A stretch of DNA of 62,880 bases, counting the filler, from Basidiobolus ranarum (lineage: Eukaryota): NCBI GenBank assembly GCA_040143965.1. It is 27 parts of 27 records of this genome, joined end to end, with 100 filler letters (N's around TTAATTAATTAA, not from the genome) between each part and the next. Parts side by side here need not be neighbours in the genome. Positions count along the whole stretch, not along the records: positions 1 to 2,243 come from JASJQH010003591.1; positions 2,344 to 4,585 come from JASJQH010003592.1; positions 4,686 to 6,926 come from JASJQH010003593.1; positions 7,027 to 9,267 come from JASJQH010003594.1; positions 9,368 to 11,608 come from JASJQH010003595.1; 22 more parts are not named here. One strand, given 5' to 3'. Both the position numbers and the translations under genes were made by a program. The stretch's first letter is position 1, and the number at the start of each line of letters is the position of its first letter. The notes below the pieces were generated by a model. That model saw nothing but the letters and a program-made list of their open reading frames with translations, made no database searches and was not told where the DNA came from. Positions 1 to 11,708 of the stretch are shown piece by piece.

Positions 1-304
1 TATTCAGGAGAATATATCAAAGAGACTAGGGATTTCGAAGGTGACAAATTAGCGTTCAAGTGGTAATTGTGTAAAATTTGAGTTACGTTTTTTGCACATG
101 TGTTGATCCATTGTTCTCTGAGATTTTAGCCAATCATTTGCAACTATTTTGTGAGATCTTGAAATTTCACTCCTGAAACTGAAAAAATTGATTAAAATCA
201 AATCTAACTTGACGATTTTATGACGGTAAGTAAACGGTCAACCCCAAATGGATTAAAATTGTGACGGTTTTCCTACAATAACAATCCTCAAATTTCTGTT
301 AGGG
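1..304 (-). mobile_element. CACTA/EnSpm-like transposon end A (young, CpG-retaining copy)
   Basis: Ends in ...CAAATTTCTGTTAGGG (reverse complement CCCTAACAGAAATTTGAGG). The same end recurs at 2070, 23887, 39540, ~40410, ~41265 and 41722. Confidence 0.75.
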
Positions 305-2069
305 AAAATAAATTGACTAGCTGCTTCCTCGCAGGTAATGGAGTATCTGAGCCATATTATTTCTCAAATATTGCTTCTGGGATGGTGATAGGAAGGCCAG
401 TAGTTGCTTGTGGATGAATGAGGAATACCACTTAGAGTAGATGGAGAGCATGATCCTAATCTTGTATTGTGCTGGCAAGATACTAATTGATTGGCCTCAC
501 ATGAGATAATTATCCAAGAATTTCAAATACAAAGGTAAAATTCCTAACATTCTGTATAATAAAATCTCTGTTTGTGTTTATTTTCTGGATTTATTTCATT
601 TATGTGAAATTATATAATACACTGCATAAGCAAAGTTAATCACAGCTCAGTCAGAATCAATTTATTTTGCATACATATCAAACAGCTCAATATATATCTC
701 AAACCAGAATGCATTATGCTTGATCACACTATAGGAAAGTAACTTTGACATTTTAACCAATAATATAAATAGATCCCTAATTCTGATTGAAATCAATGAA
801 ATCTAACATTATAGATATATATAGTAGTTAAATATCATATCAAAACAGATTCTTCCTGATTCACATCCTACTTTGGTACAGGAAATCACCATTTCCAAAA
901 TTCCATGCATGCAGCCAAATGAAGGTGTAGGTGGTGCAAAGCTGCATGCACCTAATGATTTTATAAGTGCCCATGTATCCACTGTGAGTTCATGCTTGGA
1001 TGTATGGGAGTTATTGATAAATATAACAGAAGCTGGGGAAGGAGGCATTAGACAAAAGTGGAAGCTGCTTTCAACTCTACTTTGGAGAGAATACTATATG
1101 TTCATGGCTTCAGAAGTCTGCAAGAAAGTATATATTATAACTCATGAGGATAAAAAGCATGAATTGAGAAATAGGAATGTTGATTGTGAGTCCCAAAAGT
1201 CACAATACCAATTGCATTTTTGCTTGTATGAACTGGAAGTAAACATTGCACCCTTAACTTTATAGACAAAAAATGTTCCAAGTAGATATCTACCACTAGA
1301 TATTTCCAAAACACCTCAAATGCTCATCCATGCTTTACAGGTGTGTTTGTGAGGATCCAAACTTGGCTAACAGTCAAATTTCAGTGCAAACTCCACATAC
1401 AACATATTCAAAGTTCACACATCAACTGTGTTGGATCCACAAATAAAATTCTTGGCCAGTCACTTCCAAATCACTGACAAACTTTTCTCATGGATTAGTT
1501 GCTACCCAGCTGATCTTCAGATCATGTATAAATCCTGAGTATTCCTCTTGATAAGCTCCTGTCCTATTTTAGCATATGCAATACTAGCTTACTCAACCCT
1601 CCATTACTCTTGGTGACTTAAGAATTATAGCACATTGAGTAGATTGGTTTCTTGCATTACTTGCAAACAATTGATTTCATTTTAGAGGCATCTTTATTGA
1701 ACACTGTTTGAGGTATAATATCTATAATAAAAGCCTGGTGTGCAGTACATTACTGTTGATTAGACATTCTTGATTTTTATTCAAAGCCTGCCATCGACTT
1801 GTTACATTTGCAAAGAACTGATGTTGATTATAGGGCAATCACAAGGTAGCCAACATCATCTGGCATGCTGCAAGGAGCTCCATAGCTATGTTATCTTTCA
1901 TTCTATATTTTCCAATCAATAGATGCTCTTTTGTCATAGTTTGGAACCAATGTATATGCACATATATATAACAACCTGATTTCATCTGCTTGGAGAGTTC
2001 TTTTTGCTCAAGATATATTTTATTAGCTAGACTTTTAGTATCACATACTATCTCAACCATAGTTCTAAT

Positions 2070-2243
2070 CCCTAACAGAAATTTGAGGATGTTATTGTTA
2101 GAAAACTGTCACAATTTTAATCCATTTGGGATTGACCATTTACTAACCAGCATATAATCATCAAGTTATATAATTTTAATTAATTTTTTCAGTTTCAGGA
2201 GTGAAATTTCAAGATCTTGCAAAATAGTTGCACATGATTGGCT
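2070..2243 (+). mobile_element. CACTA/EnSpm-like transposon end A (decayed copy)
   Basis: Starts CCCTAACAGAAATTTGAGG and matches the reverse complement of 1-304, with CpG changed to TG/CA. Confidence 0.75.
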
Positions 2244-2343
2244 NNNNNNNNNNNNNNNNNNNNNNNNNNNNNNNNNNNNNNNNNNNNTTAATTAATTAAN
2301 NNNNNNNNNNNNNNNNNNNNNNNNNNNNNNNNNNNNNNNNNNN
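2244..2343. other. Artificial contig spacer N44-TTAATTAATTAA-N44 (first of 26)
   Basis: The identical 100-bp linker, with stops in all six frames, also starts at 4586, 6927, 9268, 11609, 13949, 16288, 18626, 20963, 23300, 25636, 27970, 30303, 32635, 34967, 37298, 39627, 41956, 44285, 46612, 48939, 51265, 53589, 55913, 58236 and 60559. Confidence 0.98.
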
Positions 2344-2859
2344 TTCTACAGTGCCCAACACATGGATAGTTTGGTTCCTATTAGGCACCACTGGGTTTTG
2401 GGACTGTTGGTTTGCTATTTTCCCACTTTGAACACTATCTTTGCTTCTTCTGGTAGGTATATGTGGGAAGCAATCTTGATTTTTTGTGCATGATATTGCT
2501 TGAACCTTTAAATAAATAATCTTTGAGAAGATATATCCATAGTTATATAGCAAAGGCAGAAATGAAGCATGCTTCATTGTTTCAGCTATCATACCTAGCC
2601 ATGATCTTTACTCTCATCTTTCATCAATAGTATATTTTATAAATGTTGACATGGCAGCTTTTATCATAAAGTATAGCCATTTTATTTCTCTGGAGTAATT
2701 GTAATGTACAGTGACTTGTCTGTAATCATCATGTTAATCATTAGTAGTCACTTGCACCACCCTATTACAGTGAATATGGAAATTCAATAACTTCAAATAT
2801 TTTCAGGCTAGAGATATCACATGAAGAGCAAAATTACAATATGGTGATTGTATTACATA

Positions 2860-3660
2860 TGCCAAAAAATAAAGTTTTTAAAAAGTTCATCACATTAGTC
2901 ATACGCATTTAATGATTTATGATCTTCTTAACTCCTACATAATCAGAAATAAAATATAAAGACATAGTATCTGCTATAAAATTGCTAAAAGTAAACAAGT
3001 TTTTATAAAAAAGTTGCTCACATTTGTAGTGCGCATTGAGAGATGTATAATCTTGTAACCCCAATAAAGTCAAAAGTGAAATGTCATTACAGGGTATGTG
3101 TTATATGCATGCCAAAAGTTAGTATGGTTTTAAAAAGAGACTCACATTTGTAGTGTGCATCAAGGGATGAGAAGTCTTTGTAACTCCCTTAAATTCAAAA
3201 GTAAAAAATATCATGACATGGTCTAAGTTATACTCATACAAAAAGTAAATAGGTTTTTAAAAAGAGGCTCATGTTTGTAGTGCACATCAAGGGATGAGCA
3301 GTCTTTGTAACTCCTATAAAGTCAAAAGTAAAAAATAACAATGTGGTATCAGTTATATGCACACCAAAAGTAAATATGTTTTTAAAAAGAGGCTCATGTT
3401 TGCAGTGCATGTCAAGGGATGAGTGGTCTTTGTGAGTCCTATAAAATCATAGGGGAAAATATTGACATGGCATCAGTTATATGCATGCCAAAAGTAAATA
3501 TGATTTTAAAAAGAGGCTACATTTGTAGTGCACTTTGAGGGATGAGCAGTCTTTGTGACTCCTGTAAAGTCAGAGTTTCAATATAATGACATGGTAACAG
3601 TTATATGCATTAAGAAAGTAAACAAGTTTTTAAAAAGAGGCTCATGTTTGTAGTGCATGT
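2860..3660. repeat. Degenerate tandem repeat, unit about 125 bp, about 6.5 copies
   Basis: The anchor CCAAAAGTAAATA..TTTTAAAAAGAGGCTCA.TTTGTAGTGCA recurs near 2865, 2988, 3113, 3241, 3365, 3490 and 3615. Confidence 0.85.
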
Positions 3661-6600
3661 TGACAGTCTACCACCAAGATAGCCTCTATAAAATTGGGGG
3701 CAATGCATAAAGGCATGTTTCCAGTACTATGCAGCTTGAAAGTTAGTATGTTTTTGAAATTATAGTGGGTTCTGTTATGTGCATTGCTTTTATTTATATA
3801 ATTGGAATACCTTAGTTACAAATACATTGCATTTTATACAACTTTTTAGATTTGTAGCACCTTCGTGCTGTGCAGGTTACATAGACCAAAAGTTTATTTT
3901 AATGACTATTTTGTTGTTTTGTATGTAAATAAATGTATATGGAGCTTAGTGCTAGTGATATGTCAATATTTGTAAAACATGAGTAGAAAGCTTTAATCAA
4001 CACTTTCAATATTTTTAGATTTGTAATATATTTATGATATATCCAATATTCACTTTCTTCTTTATTTAATTTTGTAAACCTCACAAAGTTCTTACAAATA
4101 TTACTAATTCATAATGTTAATCAAGTTTCCACATTACTCTCAATAGTATATAAAGGATATTCTCAATAAGTAATTTATGAATTATGAAGCTAAAAAGTAG
4201 CCAGTTTACTTATGGTAAAATTATAATACTTAAAAGCTTTAAGAGTCTGAAGGAAAACATCTCCATTTTGGTTTCCCAGAGACTTGCAAATTTATAAAAA
4301 TTAAAAAAATATTCAATATCTGTGAAATTTCTCTAAATTTGTAAAAACTTTGAAAGCTAGAATAGGTTGTGTTATAATTTTGGAAATAGTGTCTCTTCCG
4401 CAGTGGTGTCAAAGATCAGAAATCTGACCTTTGGAAAATTTGGGCAAGCCCAATTCTTCCCATATACTAGTGACATGAGTATATTGTGACAGAAGGGTGT
4501 ACAAGGGGGATTGCATCCCCCCAAACCCCCTACTTTGATTTTTACATTAGGGATTGCATCCCCCAATCGCCCTCCGTACTTTTTANNNNNNNNNNNNNNN
4601 NNNNNNNNNNNNNNNNNNNNNNNNNNNNNTTAATTAATTAANNNNNNNNNNNNNNNNNNNNNNNNNNNNNNNNNNNNNNNNNNNNTAAGTGATTTTTAAA
4701 GAATGATTTGCTATTTGTATACTATTACTTATTTATTATTCATTTATAAAAGTAATTTCTCGATGGTTATAACGATCTCAATTCTATAGCGTAAAACGGA
4801 TATTGTGTGCTATTGTTGACTACACTTATTGTAAATCATTCCATCAGACCTGGAGTAACTGTTTACCAGAAACCCCTTACTCCTCACCCAAAGATTCCCC
4901 TTGCTGTTTCTGCAACTGATTGAGTAACCAAATATTCAGGGTGAAGATGATGGCTCGGGATAACTAAACTAGTATAATATAAGGGACCCAACATTCGTTA
5001 TACACAGTCAGGGCTACCCTGTCTAATAGATTAAATATCAAGTAGCGCTGGCTTCTTTATCGAGGGTCTAGACCGCTTGTGTCTTCCTCCACTGAAGATC
5101 ATAACGTCAGTGGCGTAAATATACTATATGCCTAAAATTGTTACTGCACCCAAAGACTGTCACAGTTCTTCATGAGGTTTTCTTTAACAATCAAATGAGT
5201 ATTCTTCCGTCGCAAATCTTGCATAAATTTCACTAAGAGCCAATGGAAAAAGAAACATCTGTTGGGTTGTTGTTTTTAAGGGTCAAACTAAGTCTTGACT
5301 TGATATTGGAATCACGATGTATTACATAAAAAGCAAAACAGAAGCTTCCTTGAATATTTCGGACTGAGATTATCAGCTGTCGATAGAAATTCATCAGTGT
5401 TACAATGTACATGAAGAAAATCCTAGTTTAGTATAGCATAGGTGCGCATTTGTCGTACCTAGTTCCTAAAGGAAAATGATCTATACATTAGGTCTTCATT
5501 TTGCAGGTCAAGTTTTATCCCAAATGAGTGATTGCAAATAGGAATTAGTGAGCTGTTGCTGTTAGTAGAATGGAAATGATTTTTCTGCAACTGTCGGATT
5601 TGGACTAGGGGAATGTGCTACAGAATTTAGTTATGCTTGGATTTAAGTTGATATACTGAGGCATTATAAAGCTGTGGAATAGTTTTGCTTTAACCAATAT
5701 ACTGTTTCAAGGGTTTGTCGACATATCCGGGATGAAAGCCAAGTAGAGTGATCCAAAGCTATAGATTAATGATATGATAATGACGGGTGCTTGATACCCC
5801 ACCTAGCACTTGGTTCACTCAGATTCTACACCGAAAAGGAGATATGCTAGACTCAAGGTGTTGTGAATTTGTTCATGTTTGAGAAATTTAGAGCACATGT
5901 CGCAAACCTACGAGCTACTTTATTCGTATCACTAGTGTTATCAGAGGCTATACAGATTATCGATTTCAGGATTTCTTCCTGCCTATTCATATGAGAGTCA
6001 AGGTGGTTATTGGGGGTTGTTCTTCATTATTATGGGCACTGGCAACTCCTGGAACTGCGTAGTGTACAAATTGCACTATTAATTCGGAAATTATTTTTAT
6101 CTGATATGCAGAAGGAAAACTAGTGCCTTGATTTTTTAGGACTAGAATACCGATCGTATAAGGAAGTTTACATTCCATTAAATCGTCGGCTAATTGACAG
6201 CATTCGTACGACTACTCGATGGTGTTCTAGGTTGATGAGTTACCGTCAAGGCTCCTAGCAGATAAAACATGCTTTGGATATTTAATGAAAGGTTACAGCA
6301 ATTCATTAAGGAATATTGTTCAGGTGCGAGCTATATTCGCAGTCTTTCGAATGGCCCGTAACGATGGGGTGATGATATCTCAGGGATTTTCCTGAACACG
6401 AATATTCTTTAGTTCATTCCAAATGCATCAACTCACGGTAAGTTAGCCATTCTGGGCCATTCGAGTGTAGATGATTTTAAACCCGCAGTCTCGGGTTGAA
6501 CAGTCCATCGTCCAACCAACATTCGTTCAGATTGCCTTTCTTTGGCGGCATTCGAGGCCGTTGGGAGTGATACAGAAGTGAGCAACGGCCAGTAAAGTAT

Positions 6601-7026
6601 AGTTAACATTGGCATTGTTGATGGATGTTGGTGTTGTAGCATAATCTTCCAAGTCAGTACATCACAAGAGTAAATCCCTGAATGCAAGAGGTGCATGGAC
6701 ACAAGCATAAGAATGACTCTTCCATCATTGCGTGGAAAGTGTTGTATGAGCTCAAGTTCCATTCTAGTTGATATAAGCATCATCTTTGTGATATTCAAAC
6801 TTGCTGATCACTGCGGGTATGCTGAGCTGAGCTTGGGGGACAGCATGTTCAAGGCAAAGACCTCATGAGGCCTCGCATTATCAATAGTGGGCCTTGACAT
6901 CAGTGGAAGCCTAGGTGAAAAAGGAANNNNNNNNNNNNNNNNNNNNNNNNNNNNNNNNNNNNNNNNNNNNTTAATTAATTAANNNNNNNNNNNNNNNNNN
7001 NNNNNNNNNNNNNNNNNNNNNNNNNN

Positions 7027-7592
7027 CAACCAATGTTTTCATCTGGGCTCTCACGTTCTTTCTTCTTAAGACGATTAAAGTATTCTCTCATATTTTGATT
7101 TGTCCATGATTGATCATCCAGCCCCTGAGCAATGTTATTAAAATCACTTACATGTGGATACATACCTATCATCGCGTTATGGATTGTACAACCACCCAAA
7201 CCACCAACACGTGGATACCAAACGTGCTGTCGTTGTCCAGTGGATTCAGGGAATTGCTTGATGAAGTAATCCCAACTAATATTGGGATCTTCAGTAGCCG
7301 ACAAACTAGATGCTGGTATGGTAATATTAGGACTAATATAATCAGGTCCAGCCTCGATAAGCAGAGTTTTGTAACCAGCGAGTGCCAATCGACTGGCCAA
7401 AGGACCTCCACCAGCACCACTACCCACTACGATATAATCGTATTCAGATTCGCATTGGTTCCCCCTTGTACTGTTGCTAGGGTCAAAGTACTTAGTAGAG
7501 CAAGCGACACCAGTAGCGTATTTCTACTCGCCACCTGTGATAGTATGGATGTGATCTCAGTCTATCTAGACAAGGTCATCCAGGAAGACCAT
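7027..7592 (-). CDS. Secreted GMC oxidoreductase (choline dehydrogenase-like), N-terminal part, with one apparent frameshift
   Basis: EYDYIVVGSGAGGGPLASRLA...LLIEAG (FAD-binding GxGxxG motif) and YPRVGGLGGCTIHNAMI. A signal-peptide-like stretch, VASRNTLLVSLALLSTLTLATVQG, lies in the adjacent frame. The start is uncertain and the gene is truncated by the contig end. Confidence 0.88.
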
Positions 7593-7899
7593 AGGTAATT
7601 ATTATATAAGCAAGATATCTGATACACAGTTTCTGTGTATGACCTAGCTAAGTGGTTTGTATATAACTTAGCAATATCCGGACTGTTAGTTTGAATCAGG
7701 GGATGGCGAAACAAGCCTCCAAACGTGATTTAGAAACGCGTCGGGGTAGCAATCAATGTGGAGTCGATCATAAATACAATTGAATTATATATATATATAT
7801 TTTAAACGCTCCAATCTGAAATCACTCATACACCTACCGAGCAGAACAAGAGCAAATGCGATAAGTATAGTTTTGTATTTATTGAATAGGGGGAAGTGT

Positions 7900-9096
7900 C
7901 TATGCCACTACAAACTCCATCTCTTTGTTCATAAGTTGACATCCTAAGCGATGGAACCACTTTCGTAATATTGTCTTATCTTCTTGATTGAATTGGGGCT
8001 TACAAATCCTCCAACTACAATCTAATTCCAATTGAGACATTCCCCACTCACTTAATAAAGGTCTCCAGTACTTCACTTCGAAAGCTTCATGCTCGTCATC
8101 ATCTAACCTTAATTTGGTACAGGGTGGTGGGTATATCGAACGATGTAACGCTGAGATCCACTTAGCCTTTAGAAATGACAATAAATGGATTGAGGCCGAG
8201 TTCATATCTGATATGCAGTGATCAAAATCTGCGCGAAAATACGGGTCATCTGCAAACTCTCGAAGTCCGGGGAAATCTAAAGTAGAAGCCAAACAATGAG
8301 CAAAACCTACCTAAGAGGAAAATGGTTGAATTAGAATCAGAACTTTATAAATGGATTACGTTAACATAAAACCAAATATGACCAGAATTCTCTTACTTGT
8401 TCAAAATATAACGATGGCTCGAAGAAAGCTCGTAGATGCTTCAAGTCGTGCACCATAAAACCAACATTATCTCGACTCTCATATGGTGGGTAAGTGTCGG
8501 TAAGTGTACGCTCCAGCTCAACCTGTTTTAAAAAGCAAGTCGCAATTCTCGTGCCTTGAGCTTGTAATTTGAGAACTCGAATGGAGGACGGAATATTAAA
8601 TAATAACTTTACATCCGGTGCACCTAGAGCTGGAAAATCGGTTGGTACTACGGAATTTTAAAAGGGGGAGTAGACTATTTACCCAAGTCGATGATGGCTT
8701 GATTGACATAACGCTCGATTCCAAACACGGCTGCATACTGAAATATGTGAGTAAAAGTCAAGGCTTGAGAGGAAATCTCTTTTGGCAGCATTTCTCTAAG
8801 TCTTGTGAGATCTTGTTCGGAGATCCCTAGTTCATTCTGATATTTGGTTAAAAGGGAGGTAGATGTAAAAGTGGTCTCTGGGCGTAACCAAGAAAGTTGA
8901 TATTCGATTGACGGTTTAGCTTCCTAGTAAGCCATTTGTTTGGTCTTTTATTGGCGGCGAAGAGAATAATATAAGCAGCAAGAAAGTCGGATATGGTTAA
9001 TACACCGTTTTTGTATTCCACTTGGAGAAGTTTCAGTATCTCAGCGAGCTCTGCTGTATTTCTCTTTGGTTCAACTGTTGAGCGATTTTTATCCAC
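7900..9096 (-). CDS. Uncharacterised protein with RD..GF..HDLKH..FF..EQ.GF and DFDH.ISDMN motifs (at least 3 exons)
   Basis: GT-AG introns at about 8682-8630 and 8396-8311 join AIIDL|ALGAPDVKLLFNIPSSIRVLKLQAQGTRIATCF...HDLKHLRAFFEPSLYFEQ|VGFAH...DFDHCISDMNSASIHLLSFLKAKW. One frameshift is needed near 8915. The 5' end is unresolved. Confidence 0.7.
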
Positions 9097-9368
9097 AGAA
9101 CCTTCAAAATAATTTTCACCTTACGACCCAACCCCCCTTTTAAGCAGATCTTTTATGATAAATTGCCTATCCCAGAAATTACTAGTAAACCCGTGAATCA
9201 ACATAACAATCGATTTCACTACAGTTATAACTACTGATGTGCACTAGAGCGTGTAAAGCGTGGAAGGNNNNNNNNNNNNNNNNNNNNNNNNNNNNNNNNN
9301 NNNNNNNNNNNTTAATTAATTAANNNNNNNNNNNNNNNNNNNNNNNNNNNNNNNNNNNNNNNNNNNNT

Positions 9369-9635
9369 CCAATTACCAGAAAAATGGCAGCTGTTATGAT
9401 TCAAAACCTCAAAAATCCCGCGCCTGAATCACAGATTAGATTGGCTGTTCAAACAAATACGTGGGCAGCAGAGGCCATCGCCGCGCTTGTGTCTCAGGGC
9501 ATTGTGGATCCAGATACAAAGATAAGGCCCAATCGTACTGTGGATTTTCGGCCAGAACAGAATTTAAGTCGCCAAGAAGCTAGCGCGTTACTTGATATAG
9601 GTTTCGGCTGTTATACATTACCAAATAGGCATTAA
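9369..9635 (+). CDS. C-terminus of an S-layer homology (SLH) domain protein, Firmicute type
   Basis: PITRKMAAVMI...WAAEAIAALVSQGIV...FRPEQNLSRQEASALL follows the SLH pattern W-A..AI..L...GI....F.P...TR.E.A.L. Truncated at the 5' end. Confidence 0.75.
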   Translation, partial: PITRKMAAVMIQNLKNPAPESQIRLAVQTNTWAAEAIAALVSQGIVDPDTKIRPNRTVDFRPEQNLSRQEASALLDIGFGCYTLPNRH

Positions 9636-10429
9636 TATTGCTATGTAACTAAGGATATTACCAAAACCATGTATATTTGATCTGCTTATATGTCACTCCT
9701 TGATTTCTCGATTCTTATATGTTCTCTCACCTTTTTCAATAACGAATTGCAAGATGAGAGAAAAGTACACCAATAATATCAATTACTCATGTATCTATTG
9801 CCCACATTAACATATTTAATTAAACATCTCCGGATCTTCACTCCAATCCAGTTATAGACACTTATCTCAGATTAGGCGCAATAAGGGTGGATCTCAGATT
9901 GAGCCAACCAAGCAACGCAATTGGCTAGGTAAAATCACCTTTATGTAGTTCATTTATATAGAGCATAAATATATACTGTAAACCATCGTGAAACGTTATG
10001 TCAAAGATAGAATGGCTCATTTTTAAATTGTTCATGTACAGGCACAATGGCTTTGATTACTCGTAGATAAAGACAAACGATCATTTACTTCTGATATTGT
10101 AGCACTATGCTCTTTTACTGATATTGTAGCTCTTTGCTCCTTTGATACGTTTTCAGACATATCCAACATGGAAACTTTCACTAGATAGCATTCTTTCAAA
10201 AAGCATCTGTATATGCTTGTGTTATATCGGATTTGAACACACGACTCCTGGTAATAAGCAATTGAGCAGCTTGGTGTGTTTGGGTACTGCCCCTTGTGGC
10301 TCAAAGCATCATTGGAATGGGTTAATGCCAATATTTTGTAAGTCTATAATGGTAAGGGTAAATATTATGGTCCTCAGTGGTACATCTGTACTCCCAGATT
10401 GTAGAAACATATTTAAGCTTTTAAACTAG

Positions 10430-10718
10430 TAGAGTTGGTGGTTTTCACTTAATGAGTGATGAGTGTAAGTTGGCATTTATACTTTTGTCAAGAGGTCGGT
10501 AAACCAACGTGTAGAATATGCTAAGAAGGCCCCAGGAACACGTGTACCAAGTTTGGAGTCTCTTGGGTAAGTTTGAATAAATCATATAATCTGAGAATCT
10601 TCAAGTTGGTCTCAATATTGAGCGTAAATTCCTCATGAAGATATCTCATAATAACGTAGTAAAGTTTAGGTATCTAGCTATATGACTATATAGATGCTTA
10701 AGCTATGTCACTTTCAAT
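10430..10718 (-). mobile_element. Degenerate copia LTR (family C)
   Basis: Reverse-complement similarity to 11035-11362 and 24313-24660. Confidence 0.6.
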
Positions 10719-11034
10719 TTCATCGAGCAGATGTCTTGGCAATAGTTGAGTGGTGGAATTGATGTGTATTGATAATGCAAAAGTGATTAATGATTGAGTA
10801 GGCACGCATGAAAAAAATAGTATAGCTTCAGATAGAAATCAAAAGATATAATGAATATTAGGCAGCATTTATTACTGTTTGAACGCTAGGCAAGACAAGG
10901 AATAAGTAGTAGATTATTGATAGTAAAGAGAAAAAAGCTTGTGGAGCAGTGACAAGAAGTGTCACTTTTTGAGTAAAGTAGCAAAATAGTAAAGTTTGTA
11001 ATAAAGAGAAACACATATTAAGCGGCGCTAACTC

Positions 11035-11362
11035 TGTTGAAATTAGCATTGCCTAAACATCTATATAGTCATATATAGCTTTGTATTTAGTCATTCTATA
11101 TATCACTAAAACATCACTCACTGTTCTCAAGGGGAATTTACTCAGAAGTTCTCAGATATATAGATTTTTTAGACTTGTGCTAGAAGCCCCAAACTTTGCA
11201 AACATGATCCTGGACCCTTCCTTACAATATTCTACACGTTTTTTTGTTTACATCTTGACAAAAGTATAAAAAACTTTCTATTCAATTAATCAGTAAGTAA
11301 AAGCCATCAAATTCTTCTGGTTCTCCTAACCACTTCCAACAAGCTCCCAAGATACTTTAACA
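11035..11362 (+). mobile_element. Solo LTR (copia family C) with 5-bp TSD AACTC
   Basis: TGTTGAAA...TTTAACA flanked by AACTC at 11030-11034 and 11363-11367. Homologous to the PBS-adjacent LTR at 24313-24660. Confidence 0.85.
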
Positions 11363-11708
11363 AACTCTAGCTGCATGTCAATGAGAGAAATATTTCATTT
11401 AAAATGCTGATCATAACCCTAAGTCATACTTGAAATACTAAAGTCGTCCAAATTAACCCTAAAATAGCACATTCAATTTGCGCAACACGAACCTTGTTGA
11501 GATCAGCATGAGTATTTGTATGCGAAGCAATTTAATGGCCTTCGTCATAAGCCTGCTTAAGCTCAAGTGACTGTGATAGAATTCAGTTAGAAAAACTTCA
11601 TTGTATTCNNNNNNNNNNNNNNNNNNNNNNNNNNNNNNNNNNNNNNNNNNNNTTAATTAATTAANNNNNNNNNNNNNNNNNNNNNNNNNNNNNNNNNNNN
11701 NNNNNNNN

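Noticed and set aside
299-304. Transposon ends contain TTAGGG/CCCTAA, one telomeric unit; TTTAGGG also occurs at ~26170-26217
   Set aside because: Single units only, with no telomeric array; explained by the TIR or an 8-bp microsatellite.
873-1265. LLWREYY resembles the photolyase/cryptochrome LLWREF motif
   Set aside because: No W..G.TG.P..DA or other downstream FAD-domain motif was found, and the DNA is CpG-free like TE debris.
2860-3660. CRISPR-like periodicity
   Set aside because: The whole 125-bp unit is repeated, with no unique spacers or cas genes, in a eukaryotic context.
6433-6926. Minus-strand coding-looking stretch ending GFKIIYTRMAQNG*
   Set aside because: Multiple stops and no recognisable family; it may be a pseudogene but cannot be supported.
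9268-9367. Cross-contig neighbourhoods, such as the HDLxH gene next to the SLH gene or the RNR next to the TE ORF
   Set aside because: Adjacency across linkers reflects length sorting only.
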